Origin: Aplysia californica
Taxonomy: Eukaryota
Reading direction: 5' to 3'
Assembly: GCF_000002075.1 (NCBI RefSeq)
Contig: NW_004797290.1
Span: forward strand, 2,322,123 to 2,386,122
Length of the DNA: 64,000 nt
This document shows, one piece after another, positions 40,401 to 53,300 of the stretch. Position 1 is the stretch's first letter, and each line of letters opens with the position of its first letter. A program made the position numbers and the translations under genes. Below the pieces are notes generated by a model, which ran no database searches, was not told the DNA's origin, and saw only the letters and a list, made by a program, of their open reading frames with translations.

Positions 40401-43400
40401 ACTTTATTACAAGATTGTTTTAATTAAGATGGTGTGAGAGGTGTTTTTATTGTTCTTGTAGCCTGTCTGCTTTGGTGCTGTTTGTTAGTGAACCCCATAA
40501 ACTCATGTAAGTTTGGGAGTTTAAATCTTAGGAAGGATCTGAATTCTTTTGCCCTTCCTTAATTTTAACAATTGATTGCTTTTATTTCACGTGTAATTTA
40601 TCCTCCCACTCAAAGGTGTACTCAATTTGTTCTTTCCTCATGGAGTATTTTTCTTCTTGGTTCAGTGTTCTGATGTCAGACCAAGCATTTTGCGTTCATA
40701 ATAACCTTAGTTGTGTCTAGAAAGTTATTTTATTTCTCTTTAAAAATTCCATCACTACCCAGTCCTCTTTCATCCATCTGCGCGATTATCAATTTTGGCT
40801 GATGGGGTATATAATATAGCTGTATGAGTCTTCTCCACTTATCTGGGTCATGACTTCTGCTTTTTACAAAGAAGGTCCTCAACCTATATAATTCCATGAT
40901 CTCACCTGCAATGTGATAGGGCTGGTCTTCCTGGCATTCCTCTTTCCCTTTCATCAGAATAACGAAATCAAAGAAACCGATATTTTCCAGCCTGTTCAGT
41001 AATTTCTATCGATTTTTCTTTTTCTATCGATTTTTGTTTTGGATCAGCATTTTTTATATACATTTAAAAGCACATTTCTGTATGGATTTTACTTAAAAAA
41101 ACGTTAATCAAAGGCATAAAAAATATAAATTTGCAGTTTCCAAGGACACTCAAACTTAAAAAGTCTCCAGACTTTGGTAGCCATTTTCGTGGTTATTTTA
41201 CATCTGACATCTGGTGGCCCCCACCTTGATCTACAGAAAATATCTGTATGTCTAGTCAAGATAGATGTGTAATGTTTTTCATCAAAATTAAGCAAAAGAA
41301 TCAGATTTAAGATGATACCAATATCTTCATATGCCCAAATATTGACAAATGCCTGATCCAACTGTGGCTTGACATGTATGTGCATGTGTAAATGCATAAG
41401 TATCCGCACATTCATAATATTATTACATTAATGTCAACAGAACATTCAAAGTTAATTTCCGGACTTTATTTTTAGTTCAAAGACGGAAAAGCTCAAGTAA
41501 GTCTTGGCCTGGATGAAGTCATCACCTTGACAACCCTGAGCGCCGGTCAGAAGGGCCAGTACTCTGATCCACCAAAACCTATGCCATTCCCTCTGCCATA
41601 CAAGGATAATTTTGAAAGTGAGTTAGCTTTTGGGTTGTTTTTTTTACACTTTCTGTTTCATCAGTAGATATCTAGAGGGTGGCCCAGTAGACTTTTCACT
41701 GTTTTATTAACTGTTGAGCCTTGTTGGCTGAAAATAAGATGCATCTGACTTACATTTCTTTCCATAATCAGTTCAAATTAGAAACAAAATTATTTCGTAC
41801 ATAAAGAAATACATCCTGCACTTGTGTGAAGGTATTTGTAGGCGTAATATTGTAAAGGAAATATTTCTTTCCCTTTTCTAAAAGATCTTAACTATTTTAA
41901 TGGAAAGTGACATTTGTACCAAATTTTAATTTGTACAGTTTTGTACTCATTTGTCTTTGACATTGGACAGATGGTAGAGTGTTTTCTAGTTGGGATTCTG
42001 CATCTTAATCCTAATATGCTATAAGTATAGATCTATATGAGGTATCCACTTGATAGGAAGGGTGATGGTGATTTATCTGTTCTTTTAAATTTGCATAAAA
42101 ACAAAGGAATTTTGCTGGATTGCATTTATAAAAATTGTTTCTAAACTTGTTATGGTAAAAATAAAAAAAATGATTTCAAAGAGAATTTTTATTTTCCTCA
42201 CAATAATTGCTCTCAGCGTGACTTTTGATCTACCAGGTTGACCCGCTTCGCCTTTTGCCTTTTGCACTGCGGCCAGTCCATGCATTCCAAATATGTTTGC
42301 CAGTGACCCATTAGCGTCAGTAGCATTAATGATAATTCACCCTGACCTTTTTTTACTTTTTGGGCTGGTTCAGATGAATCGAACCACTTACACGTAGGCT
42401 TCGGAGCCACCCATGCAAAATTCAAAATTAGTTCCTACCAAACTAAAATAATGTTTAATGTGTCCCACAGCTCATATATGACCTTATGCAGTTGCGAGCG
42501 CCGTAAAGCACAAGCACTTACCAAAACAAATAAACAACAAACCTCACACATAGTTCAACCACAATGAGAGCAAGTGGTCTCAGCTTTTGCTCGGAGTAGT
42601 TCATTTACAAGTGCCTGATTGCAAAGTGTTTGGAATGTCAAAAATAATTTATGAATGACTAGCTATTGAAGTATTCTATAGAAGGATATACTGAAATGAA
42701 TGGTTGTGGTGTCGAGATCTTGCCTTAAACGGCTTGCACTTTGACTTCTTGATTTTTTTTTCCTTTTGGAATTCAATTTGTTCTATTTTTGTGCTACTTT
42801 CCTTTTTTTGCTTTTCCTTTTGTGCAATTTGTAACATTTATACTTGATTGCAATCCTTGTGAAGATATATTCCTTTAATTCAGTTTTGGTTAACTTCTAA
42901 AAATCTTTCTGACAATAGCTGTATGAATTGTCTACTGGGAACTTGATAAATCTAAAGATGGCAATTATTTGTTGGGTATCTGAGATGAACTGAGTTGTGT
43001 AAAAATCCAACATTTTTTCCTAATGGGCTTTTTTATACCTCACCTTTCACTATCTAATTATTGTCATAATAGTGAGTTTATTGGGGCAGTGCAGCTGCAA
43101 GTGGAATTTCAAAGCCATTGGGAAACGATAAGTGTCATCTTATCTGTTACATACACAAGCACTTTGAACTCTCTCTTTTTTCTTATATTTGAATTAGTGT
43201 GTTCCAAACAAAGTCATTGTTTTCAGTTTGCTTATTTTGAGAACTTTTTAATTTTCCGTAAAAAAAAAAAAAAAGTCACTTTTACCATTTCCTTAATTAT
43301 GGTTCTTTCTCTCGTTCACTTAATGGATTGCTTTTAGGCCCAATGATACCTAATGTCAGTGCCCGAAAAAGTTACATTTATAGGGATGTTTATATATTAT

Positions 43401-46400
43401 TTCTTTTTTGGTAAGAATATAGAGTCTCTCATCCCTTTAAAAAAATTATTTTTTCACTGTGAACCAAAAAATATTGAGAAAAAAACAACAACAAATAAAA
43501 CAAACTGCTTTTAATGTAAAAGATTATCCACCCTCTGCAATGTTTTTGAGATTGTCCTAAGCGTTTCACCTGCATAAACAGTAGCATCATAGGTTTTAGA
43601 AATTTAAATCATTGTAAAGGATATTGACTGTTCAACAAGTGGTGTTACTTAATCTAATGCTCTCGATGGTAGTTTCTCATGGGAAACAAAGTGTAGAACA
43701 TTGTGAGATTTACTGAACCAGAACATTGTGATACAATACTGAACCATCTTCTTTTCTGACATTCAGTATTGATTCAAGATTAGAACAAAATCTCTTTGTA
43801 AATAGATAACACGTTTACCACCTGATTTGAATTTCCTGGCTCTGTTCCAGATCCAGCAATGAAGAATTTGAGAGCCGTATTTACATACAATTCACAAATA
43901 GCTGTCCCACTTATTTTATTTTGTTTTTTGTTTCATAATCTGATGTATTGCATGTAACTGATTTGGTTATATTATGAAAAAGTTGGCAAGCCTGAAATAA
44001 ATATATGGGCTCTTCCACGGTAACTGATGAGACATTTGGACTATACTTTCTTACAATGATAACACTATAATTCATATTCAATTATTTTATTCCAACTTTA
44101 AATGATAAGAACATTTAAAAGACATATGTCCCGTCAGTTACTGAAACTAAACACGTCACAGAATTTGCAAAAAGTACTTTTTTTCAAATGACTGTATTTA
44201 ATATGATACTTAATGTGTCTTTCAAATTTTCTGATCATTTAATGTTGAAATAAATTAATTGATAATGATTTACAGTGTTATCATTGTAAGAAAGTATAGT
44301 CCAAATGTCCGGTCATTTACCGTGGAATAGCCCATACGCAGGTTCCGCCCCACCCTTTGTCCCTTAATGCCCTAATTTTCTCCATCAACCTCTCAGGTTA
44401 CTCATTGTACAAAGAGCCTGCCAATCTTGCCCCTCAAACTGGGACTTACGAAACCTTGATCTCTAATGGCAACCGCTTTGCTAGGCAAATGCAACTTGTT
44501 GAGCCTGTCCGCTGGTGCAAAGCAGATGGAATCGATAAGTCTATCAGCGTCATTGGCAATCAGAGCTGGTAAGGAAAGCTTATCAGGACAGCTATAATCT
44601 CTCTTCGCACATTTTGTTGTGCATCTGATGCTTTGAAAATTTCGCTTCAATTTGTCAGCACATGAGTTTGTTGGACACCTTTGTTTGATGCTGAACTATA
44701 GAAGTACAGAATATGTGTCAACTTGATGAATGATTTAATTTGCTTCCCAGGATTTTGATTCAGAGGAATTTCTTCTGAAAGCTAAAAATACATTTTATTT
44801 AGAATATGGTGACCATAAGAGGATATTCTGTTTTCTAAATGTGAATGTGATTCTCTGACTTCACATTAGATTTTGATCTCACTCCTTCTCTGTTCTGTTT
44901 AATTCTCTGCTATGGGTTTCATTCAGAGGCCAAGTCCTTGCATACAGAATTCAGTTGTTCTTTCATTTCTGTGATGCACAAGGTGTTTTGGTTTGCCTCA
45001 CCAGATATATGTATGGGTTTCAGTTTTCCTTCTCTGCGTTTACATTTGCTGCATTCTGCACCAGTTTTTACTTCGATGTATTTGCATTTATTATCAACAC
45101 CTTGCCTTTTTCTTACTCTCTAACACACAAGCATGTTTACCTGCGCACATACAATTTTGGATAAAATATTCACATTTTGTCAAGTTTGATCCACGAATTT
45201 TGCTCCTGTCTTAAAGAAATTGACTGAAAACCCGAGTAATTAGTAAGTAGTCTATAGTGTTCTCATATTGTTTCCTCTAACTTTATGTGAAAAAGATAGG
45301 GTGTCAAATTTCTATTAAAATCTAAAAAAAATAGATGGTTTTGGCACAGTGCATCACAACTTATACAAGGAATAAGGGCAATGGAGATTGAACATCAATG
45401 TTGTGGTCAGGAAGAGGATGTGGTAATAATCTGTATTATGATGTTATGAGCTCTTGTCGTCAGACGTAGGTGTGGTTGTTGGTACTAAAACATTTGGCGA
45501 AGTGGATAGTAAACATGTGAAGAATTTTTTAGGAGCAAAAATGTTGTGGATTAAGCTTCTTTCTGTGTTGTTTATTTTTTCAAGTATAAACCACACCTTT
45601 TTATTTGTAACGACTCATGTTTTTTGTGCATTTTTTCCTTATAAATTTCACCAACCAAATCCTTTTTTTTTTTGGTAAGTGTTTTACGGCGCTCGCAACT
45701 GCATAAGGTCATATGAGTGCGCGGAACACATAAAACGTTTTCAGTTAGTAGAGGTTTTTCACCCTTGTCCGAGAGGGCTAGGTGTAGATCTTTCCTACTA
45801 GGAGATCAGGGGTGTGTCTGAAAGATAGCAGTAAGAAGGAGCCAAGGAGTAGCAGTAGAAAGGCTACAGAAAGTCAGAAGCCCAGAGGAGGGAGAAAAGG
45901 AGGTGAAGGGATGGGGGCAGAACATGCAGATGACAAAACATTGCTAGAGAGCAGGAAAGAAGGTGAAAGGAGACAAGTTTAGAGAAGAAAATGTTTCCCT
46001 CGCTACCCGGATTCGAACCTGGGACCTTTGAATGAGAGGCAAACACCTTAACCTCTAGGCCAAGAGAGCCCCCAACCAAATCCTTGCTTTTGCAGCCTAA
46101 GACAATATGCACCATACCGCATCAGTGCCATCTGGTGCAAAGTCACTGATTCCTTACTAATCCAAAACAAATAAGCTCTATTATGACAACCCTTAGTTTC
46201 TTGTTTTGAACTCCTGAGCTGCAGTAGTTGGATTGGCAAGATCGGTTTGGTTCGGTTCGGTCGTTGGGGTGAGCCAGATTTTCCTCCACTGAGGGAAGAA
46301 ACGTACTATCGTGGCACACACTGAATGAAACCAACGATGACCTTCAAGAACAAACGTGTCTGTTTTCAAGGCTGCAAGTCGGGCGGTTGGTTTTAGGCAG

Positions 46401-49400
46401 GGGTTTATTTATAGTGTACGCTGACGCCGCCAGAAACCGAACCGATCCTCCAATGGGCACTGCCTATTATATGCAGATCAAAAGGATATCTACAAACTTC
46501 CTTATGACGCGGCTCATGTTGAATTAGTTGCATAAAATGGGACACCAAACTCAATAGAAATTAGTGATCCAAGAAATCAACATACACTTTTTATAGATAA
46601 GATGGACTGGCTGCGGTTTCCGTAGATTTTTTTTATCGGAGTAAATACTGCTCTAAGCAAGCTGAATTGACGTGCCATATACTAAGAGTTGAAGGGGTTG
46701 CACATTGTGGTGATGTATTGTTGTTAAATTGGTGGAAATGGGTCACAGGGATCTAGCCTACCTGTGGACCAAAATTAAGGGTCACCCTTAAATTTGTATT
46801 TTGATAAAACAACTGCGTTGTTTTGCTTTTATGTGAAATAAAAAATGGTAAATTCAAATTGCAATGTATACAAGTAAAGAACAATAATTTTTTTTCTAAG
46901 ACAGGGGTTTGGGTGGGGGGGGGGGGGGGAGGTGGTTAGTGTTTTTCGGCGCTTGCAACTGCATAAGGTCATATGAGCGCGCGGGACACATTAAACATTT
47001 TCAGTTGGTAGGAAATTTTGAATTTTGTGCGGGTGGCGGCCGAAGCCTGCTCTTATTGATTTTAGTCCACCAAGAGAGCTTTAATGTGCGCACCCTTCAC
47101 ACGGGACCTCCGAGATTTTTCGCCCTTGTCCGAGAAGGCTACGTGTAGATCTCTCTTACCAGAAGATCAGGGGTGTGGCTGAAAGACAGCTGTGTAAGAA
47201 GGAGCTAAGGAGTAGCAGTAGAAAGGCTGCAGAAAGAGTCAGGAGCCCAGAGGAGGGGGCAAAGGAGGTGAGGGGGTGGGGGCAGAACTGAGAAAGTGGA
47301 GACGAAAGCAGACGACAGAACATTGCTAGAGAGCAGGAAAGGGTTTGCATCTGGTACACAACATATTATATATCACTCTTAGTTTCACAGTACACATACA
47401 GTTGAATGAAGATGTTTAAAAAATGTTCTCAATTGCTAATACAACTAGATTATGTTCCTTACTCATTTTGTGGGCTGTTTTGACATTCTCACCTAGGGTA
47501 GAGTTGAGACAGGATTTTATCACTCTGCTCACTCTGTTGACATTATGGTCACCAGAAAGCACATTGTAACTCTGGCAATATTGAAACAAGTAGGAAGAAC
47601 AAGCTGAACAAAGTGGCCGCCCTCAGCTAATGCTCATCGCAGTAGTGGAAAATGCTATAAATCCAAAGTTCGAAAGGCATTCTCTAAGCTGAAGGTTTGA
47701 GAAAATGTCTGAAGAAGAAACAATGGTTGTAGAACTGTCAATGCTTTCTGTGTGTCCCCAGCTTACTTGGAGTTTGTGGAGCCAAATATGCTGACTCCTC
47801 AGGTGGGCTCTTTAGAGATAGGGAAATCCCAGAATGTGTCTCATAAGCAGGTTGCTCGCCAGACGGTCCAAGCACCTCCGTTAAAGTGGTGCCCTTTCAC
47901 TCTGAGTGTCCCATTCGCTCTTGTGGGTGACAATAATTGGTAAGCATTCTTTCCAGATTACTGAATTAACTCAGCTTGTGTTTCATATTGATAGCTGCAG
48001 TGATATAGAAGGGTGTGAATTTGGTTACATGTAATCGCATTGGAGTTTGATGTTGAGAATCCAAATGGAGATCTTTCCTGGCACTTGTCTAAATATGAAA
48101 AGAATAGGGTCTAAATATGAAAAGAATAGGAAAAGGACTCTTTGCCTCTCCGCACCTCTCTTACTCCCCCCCCCCCCCCCCCCACCATGATGCCACTTAT
48201 GATTAGAGTAGAGACTTAAAACATTTTATAGTTTTAGAGAAAACACTTGTGCTGGGATAGAAACCACCTACGGTGGGTCGTTGGCGGATGCTCTGGTAGG
48301 ATTTTCTCTTTCTTTCCTATCAAACATCTATCGCCTTTTTTTTCTTTTTTTGTTACTCTTTTGTAACACCTCTATAATCTTCAACACTAAAATGACCTAA
48401 TTGTGTTGCAAGTGCTGTTAAACGCTTACTTATACTAAGACATTAACATAAAACTAAAACACAGGCGAGGAAGCAAATGATAAAGTGGGAAAAAATATAA
48501 TTCAGAAATTATGTTGTTTATTTGCACCTTGCTTTTCAAAGTTAAACTTTAGTCTCACAGAGGGTTGGAGAAAGGGTTTTATAATTTGTAACTAGTTCCA
48601 TGGTTTTATTTACAAAATGAAATGAGAAATCATATTGAATTTTCAGAGTGACACAGTCTTGTTTGAAATCTGTACTATCTCAGATTCTGATCAAGATTGT
48701 TTGATGAAATAGGAAAGGAAACTACAGTACTCAGCAAATATGCTACAGACTATCAGTCTAGACTGAGAAAATCATGAAATTAGTATTCTGATAAATTTAC
48801 CTCACCGCCTCGCTCATGTTGCATTGCTAAGCCTGATGTTTTAGTTGGGAAAATAAATGCTCTACATACCCTTGAAATTACCTACTTTGTGTCTTGTAGT
48901 GTTTTTGTTTTCATGTATGCATGAACATCATATTTCTTTTTGTTTTGAGTGGTTTCAGGGTGCTGCTGGTAGGCTGTATTTCTTTTCTCTCCAGCTATTA
49001 TTTCCTGCTTGTCTGTCTTGTTCATTGCTCATCCTTATTGAATGATAATTTTTTGTGTCTATGTGCTTCTTCTTACCCAAGCTCGAAATTTTGTCATTGA
49101 CATCCATAGTTCTGCATCGCCTTGAATTTCTTTGCATTCTGTTGCAAATGAGTTTATTCTCGAGTTTTTGTACAAATTCATTAGCCGTGGAACTTCAGAT
49201 TATTCCCTTGGAAGTTTTGGGCAATTAATTAATTTTGTCATCTGATGTTTGCCTTGGAAAACTACATTTTTTCTTCAGTAATTGGGCTGATAAAAATACT
49301 GTTCTCATCTCTTTTTCCTTCTTCTCCTCCTCCTCTTTTTTCTTCCATCTTCTTTTTCGGGATCTCAAGTACAAATGACAGAAAGCTCTTCAATCCATAG

Positions 49401-50292
49401 TGCACAAACTTGTATTGGTGTGGCTGTGTTTATGCTTTCCTTGCCTTTCAAGCTGCCTTATATTATTACTATACATTTTTCGAAATTTAATGTATCTACT
49501 GTTGGGCACAGATAATACGAACACGGAAAACTCAAAATCATAGATAGCTTGTTACCCTATTTTCTGGATGTGTGGAACACATTTGACAGTCCCCAACGTG
49601 TTTGAGTTATCCATGCCTAACTGTATTTCAGAGTTCTACAGTTTTTGGGAAGGATTAGTTTAGAATTTGCTTGGGTGACCATGCAAGTCGCAGATGGAAA
49701 TTGTGTGAAATGTACAGTGGAAACCTGATATAACAGGGATGGTGGGAGTAGAGAAAATGCCCTGTTATATCCGATCCCTGTTAAATCAGAAATGCAAGGA
49801 AAGTGAGCATTTGTGGACTAATCTAGCTGTACTTATTCATGGGTAGTTTCCTTAACCACAAGTACCCACGAACAGGGGTTTTGGCACCGACTTTCTCCAT
49901 TGCCTCACATCAGAAGAGCTTGGTCCACAGCATCTGCATCGGGTAGTCTCATCTTCTTTCGATCCAGTGCAAACTTTCCTTTTGAGTATGCTGCCACTAT
50001 CTTCTCTCTATCCTTGATAATGGTGTGAATCGACCCTTGTGGAATGTCGAACTAACGATAAATCTCTGCCAGTGGAGCTTGCTTTTTGTCAACAGCCTGG
50101 ATTATTTCGTATCTTTTGTCAATTGAAAGACATTTTCTCGTGCTCTTGACATCGTTGGTGACACATTACGCGTGTATGTTGCTAGGTTTCGTGCTAGATC
50201 GATGTCTGCAGCACACAGCAGCCCTCTTTCGCTTCACACTCTGCGTGTGCTTGCAGTGGTATGGCTTGCGTGGGCTTGCTCCATCACTGCGT

Positions 50293-50327
<35 letters not shown>

Positions 50328-53300
50328 TCTCTCTCTCTCTCCCTCTCTTACTTTTTACATTGTAACGAGCCTTTTTCCCCTGCTATAACCGGTTGGGCTC
50401 CGATGAGGCCCTGTTATTGCCGATAACTTTTAATAGAGACAAAGAGTAGGAAAAAACGGGGTTTTTAAAAATCCCTGTTATTACCGGATCCCTGTTATTA
50501 CCGGGCCTGTTATATATGGTTTCCACTGTAAATCATTTAGCCTTATTTTTTAAAATATCTCATTAGAAAGAGTACAGCATTTTTCTTTACACATTTATGT
50601 TTTGCATTTTTAGAAAACTTTTGTTTACTCAGCACCTGTGTGTGTAGTTGCAGATACATGCAAAAAAGCATGAGTTTAATTCCTGCTTGGCGAATATATT
50701 CTGCCCGTCTCTTAAATTATCAAAAATTTGTTAAAAGAGATGAAAAGAACATATTATCTAATCATTGCTAAGTCTTTAAAGTGCGTAATTCCTTCCCATG
50801 TAATATTCATCATGTATGATTCAATGAGGAGTTTTCTTCTTTTTTTTTTTCCGTTGAATTACTAAATATTATGCAATCAGTTTTGTTTTCAGTATGGATT
50901 AAAATTTAGTTTTATGTGCACACCATTGTATTCTTGTGTTTTTAGGTAGCACACATTCTAAACTTTGTCTGACTGACTTTGTTCCAGGAAAGACATTTAT
51001 GTGGAAATAGACTTCCAGCTGTCCACTGTCAATGGCTCGAAGGGTGCATTTGTGGCAGCTCGTGTGGATCAGGGAGGATGCGTGGCGTTCCTCGCTCATG
51101 GCATTTTCTTCTTTGCCTTTCCTGATAAATTTATCTTGGCCAATGACCTAGGTGAGCCCTATGAGTTTGAACTGTGGGGAAACTGCTGTTGTCTATCAGG
51201 TTGTTGTGGCTCTGGTGAATTAAGTTGGCTACAGTTTTTTGTTGACCTGAAGAGGTTAAAAGCCAATGCCTATTGCCAGCTAAATTTTTAAAAAATATTT
51301 AATGAGGGTTTTCTGCGTGTCCTTTAACAAAACAGCAAGAGGAATGATGGAGAAGAGATGATAAGTGCCTTTGTTCTTGATTCTTGGGGACCATAGAAGT
51401 TTCCAACAAAATAAAGACGTTCTTTGCCTGATGAATGAGATGACCTACTTTTGAATGTATAGATAAAGTGGTATTCTGTTCTGTGTATTTTGCATTGCTC
51501 TCAGTGATTCTAAAAATTTCTGCCAATAGGGGACTGGCATCTGGGATGTAGTGATTAAGCACTTTGCTGTTGCATACAGGAGACCCATGTTCGATTCCCA
51601 ACAGCGGAGAAAATTTTTATCGAGTATCTCAGTCTTTATGCTGGGTTATTGTATCCCTCGCAGCCCAGGTTGGCCTTGACTGGCTAATTAATCTAACTTG
51701 TGTCAATGTGGGGCGCATAACTCTAAAACACTTACACTCAAATTTAAATTTAAGATGCCCACCACAGAAAATTTAATTAAAGGGTAGGATGTGATAGCTT
51801 CACATGGATGTATAAACCATGCAGAGTTTATGCTTATTGTGTTCAGATTTTGAAAAACGAAGTGTATACAGACCCGGTAACCGGGAACAAAGTCATGAAG
51901 TATACAGACCCGGTAGGGGAACTCTTTTGTGNNNNNNNNNNNNNNNNNNNNNNNNNNNNNNNNNNNNNNNNNNNNNNNNNNNNNNNNNNNNNNNNNNNNN
52001 NNNNNNNNNNNNNNNNNNNNNNNNNNNNNNNNNNNNNNNNNNNNNNNNNNNNNNNNNNNNNNNNNNNNNNNNNNNNNNNNNNNNNNNNNNNNNNNNNNNN
52101 NNNNNNNNNNNNNNNNNNNNNNNNNNNNNNNNNNNNNNNNNNNNNNNNNNNNNNNNNNNNNNNNNNNNNNNNNNNNNNNNNNNNNNNNNNNNNNNNNNNN
52201 NNNNNNNNNNNNNNNNNNNNNNNNNNNNNNNNNNNNNNNNNNNNNNNNNNNNNNNNNNNNNNNNNNNNNNNNNNNNNNNNNNNNNNNNNNNNNNNNNNNN
52301 NNNNNNNNNNNNNNNNNNNNNNNNNNNNNNNNNNNNNNNNNNNNNNNNNNNNNNNNNNNNNNNNNNNNNNNNNNNNNNNNNNNNNNNNNNNNNNNNNNNN
52401 NNNNNNNNNNNNNNNNNNNNNNNNNNNNNNNNNNNNNNNNNNNNNNNNNNNNNNNNNNNNNNNNNNNNNNNNNNNNNNNNNNNNNNNNNNNNNNNNNNNN
52501 NNNNNNNNNNNNNNNNNNNNNNNNNNNNNNNNNNNNNNNNNNNNNNNNNNNNNNNNNNNNNNNNNNNNNNNNNNNNNNNNNNNNNNNNNNNNNNNNNNNN
52601 NNNNNNNNNNNNNNNNNNNNNNNNNNNNNNNNNNNNNNNNNNNNNNNNNNNNNNNNNNNNNNNNNNNNNNNNNNNNNNNNNNNNNNNNNNNNNNNNNNNN
52701 NNNNNNNNNNNNNNNNNNNNNNNNNNNNNNNNNNNNNNNNNNNNNNNNNNNNNNNNNNNNNNNNNNNNNNNNNNNNNNNNNNNNNNNNNNNNNNNNNNNN
52801 NNNNNNNNNNNNNNNNNNNNNNNNNNNNNNNTAGATCTTGATCTAGACGTAGGCCACAGATCTAGAAGAACCTAATCTAGGTCTACCCTGAGCCAAGAGG
52901 GCGCAGACACTCCGAAATCACAAAAGAGTTCCCCTACCGGGGCTGTATACTTTGTGACTTTGTTCCCGGTTACCGGGTCTGTATACACTTCCTTTGAAAA
53001 ATCCTTTTACTTTCTGTAGTGTACTCTGTACTCAACCCTTTTTCTTCTTTCAGTTTGAATTTGGATTTCGTCTGTCAGTTCTAAGCAGTATTAGTATTAC
53101 AAGACTTTATATTGCATTTTATTGCAGCAAGAGTAACTGTACTTAAAGAGGGCCCATTGTCGTTCAAGCTGGGAGAGTGGCATAAACTCTCTTTACTCAT
53201 TCAGGTAAGTAAATTCTAGTGTTTTTTGGGTCAAAGGTTGGACTCCATTTTTGTAAAAGATTGTTATTGCACATAAATTCTTTACCTTTGATAACACAAT

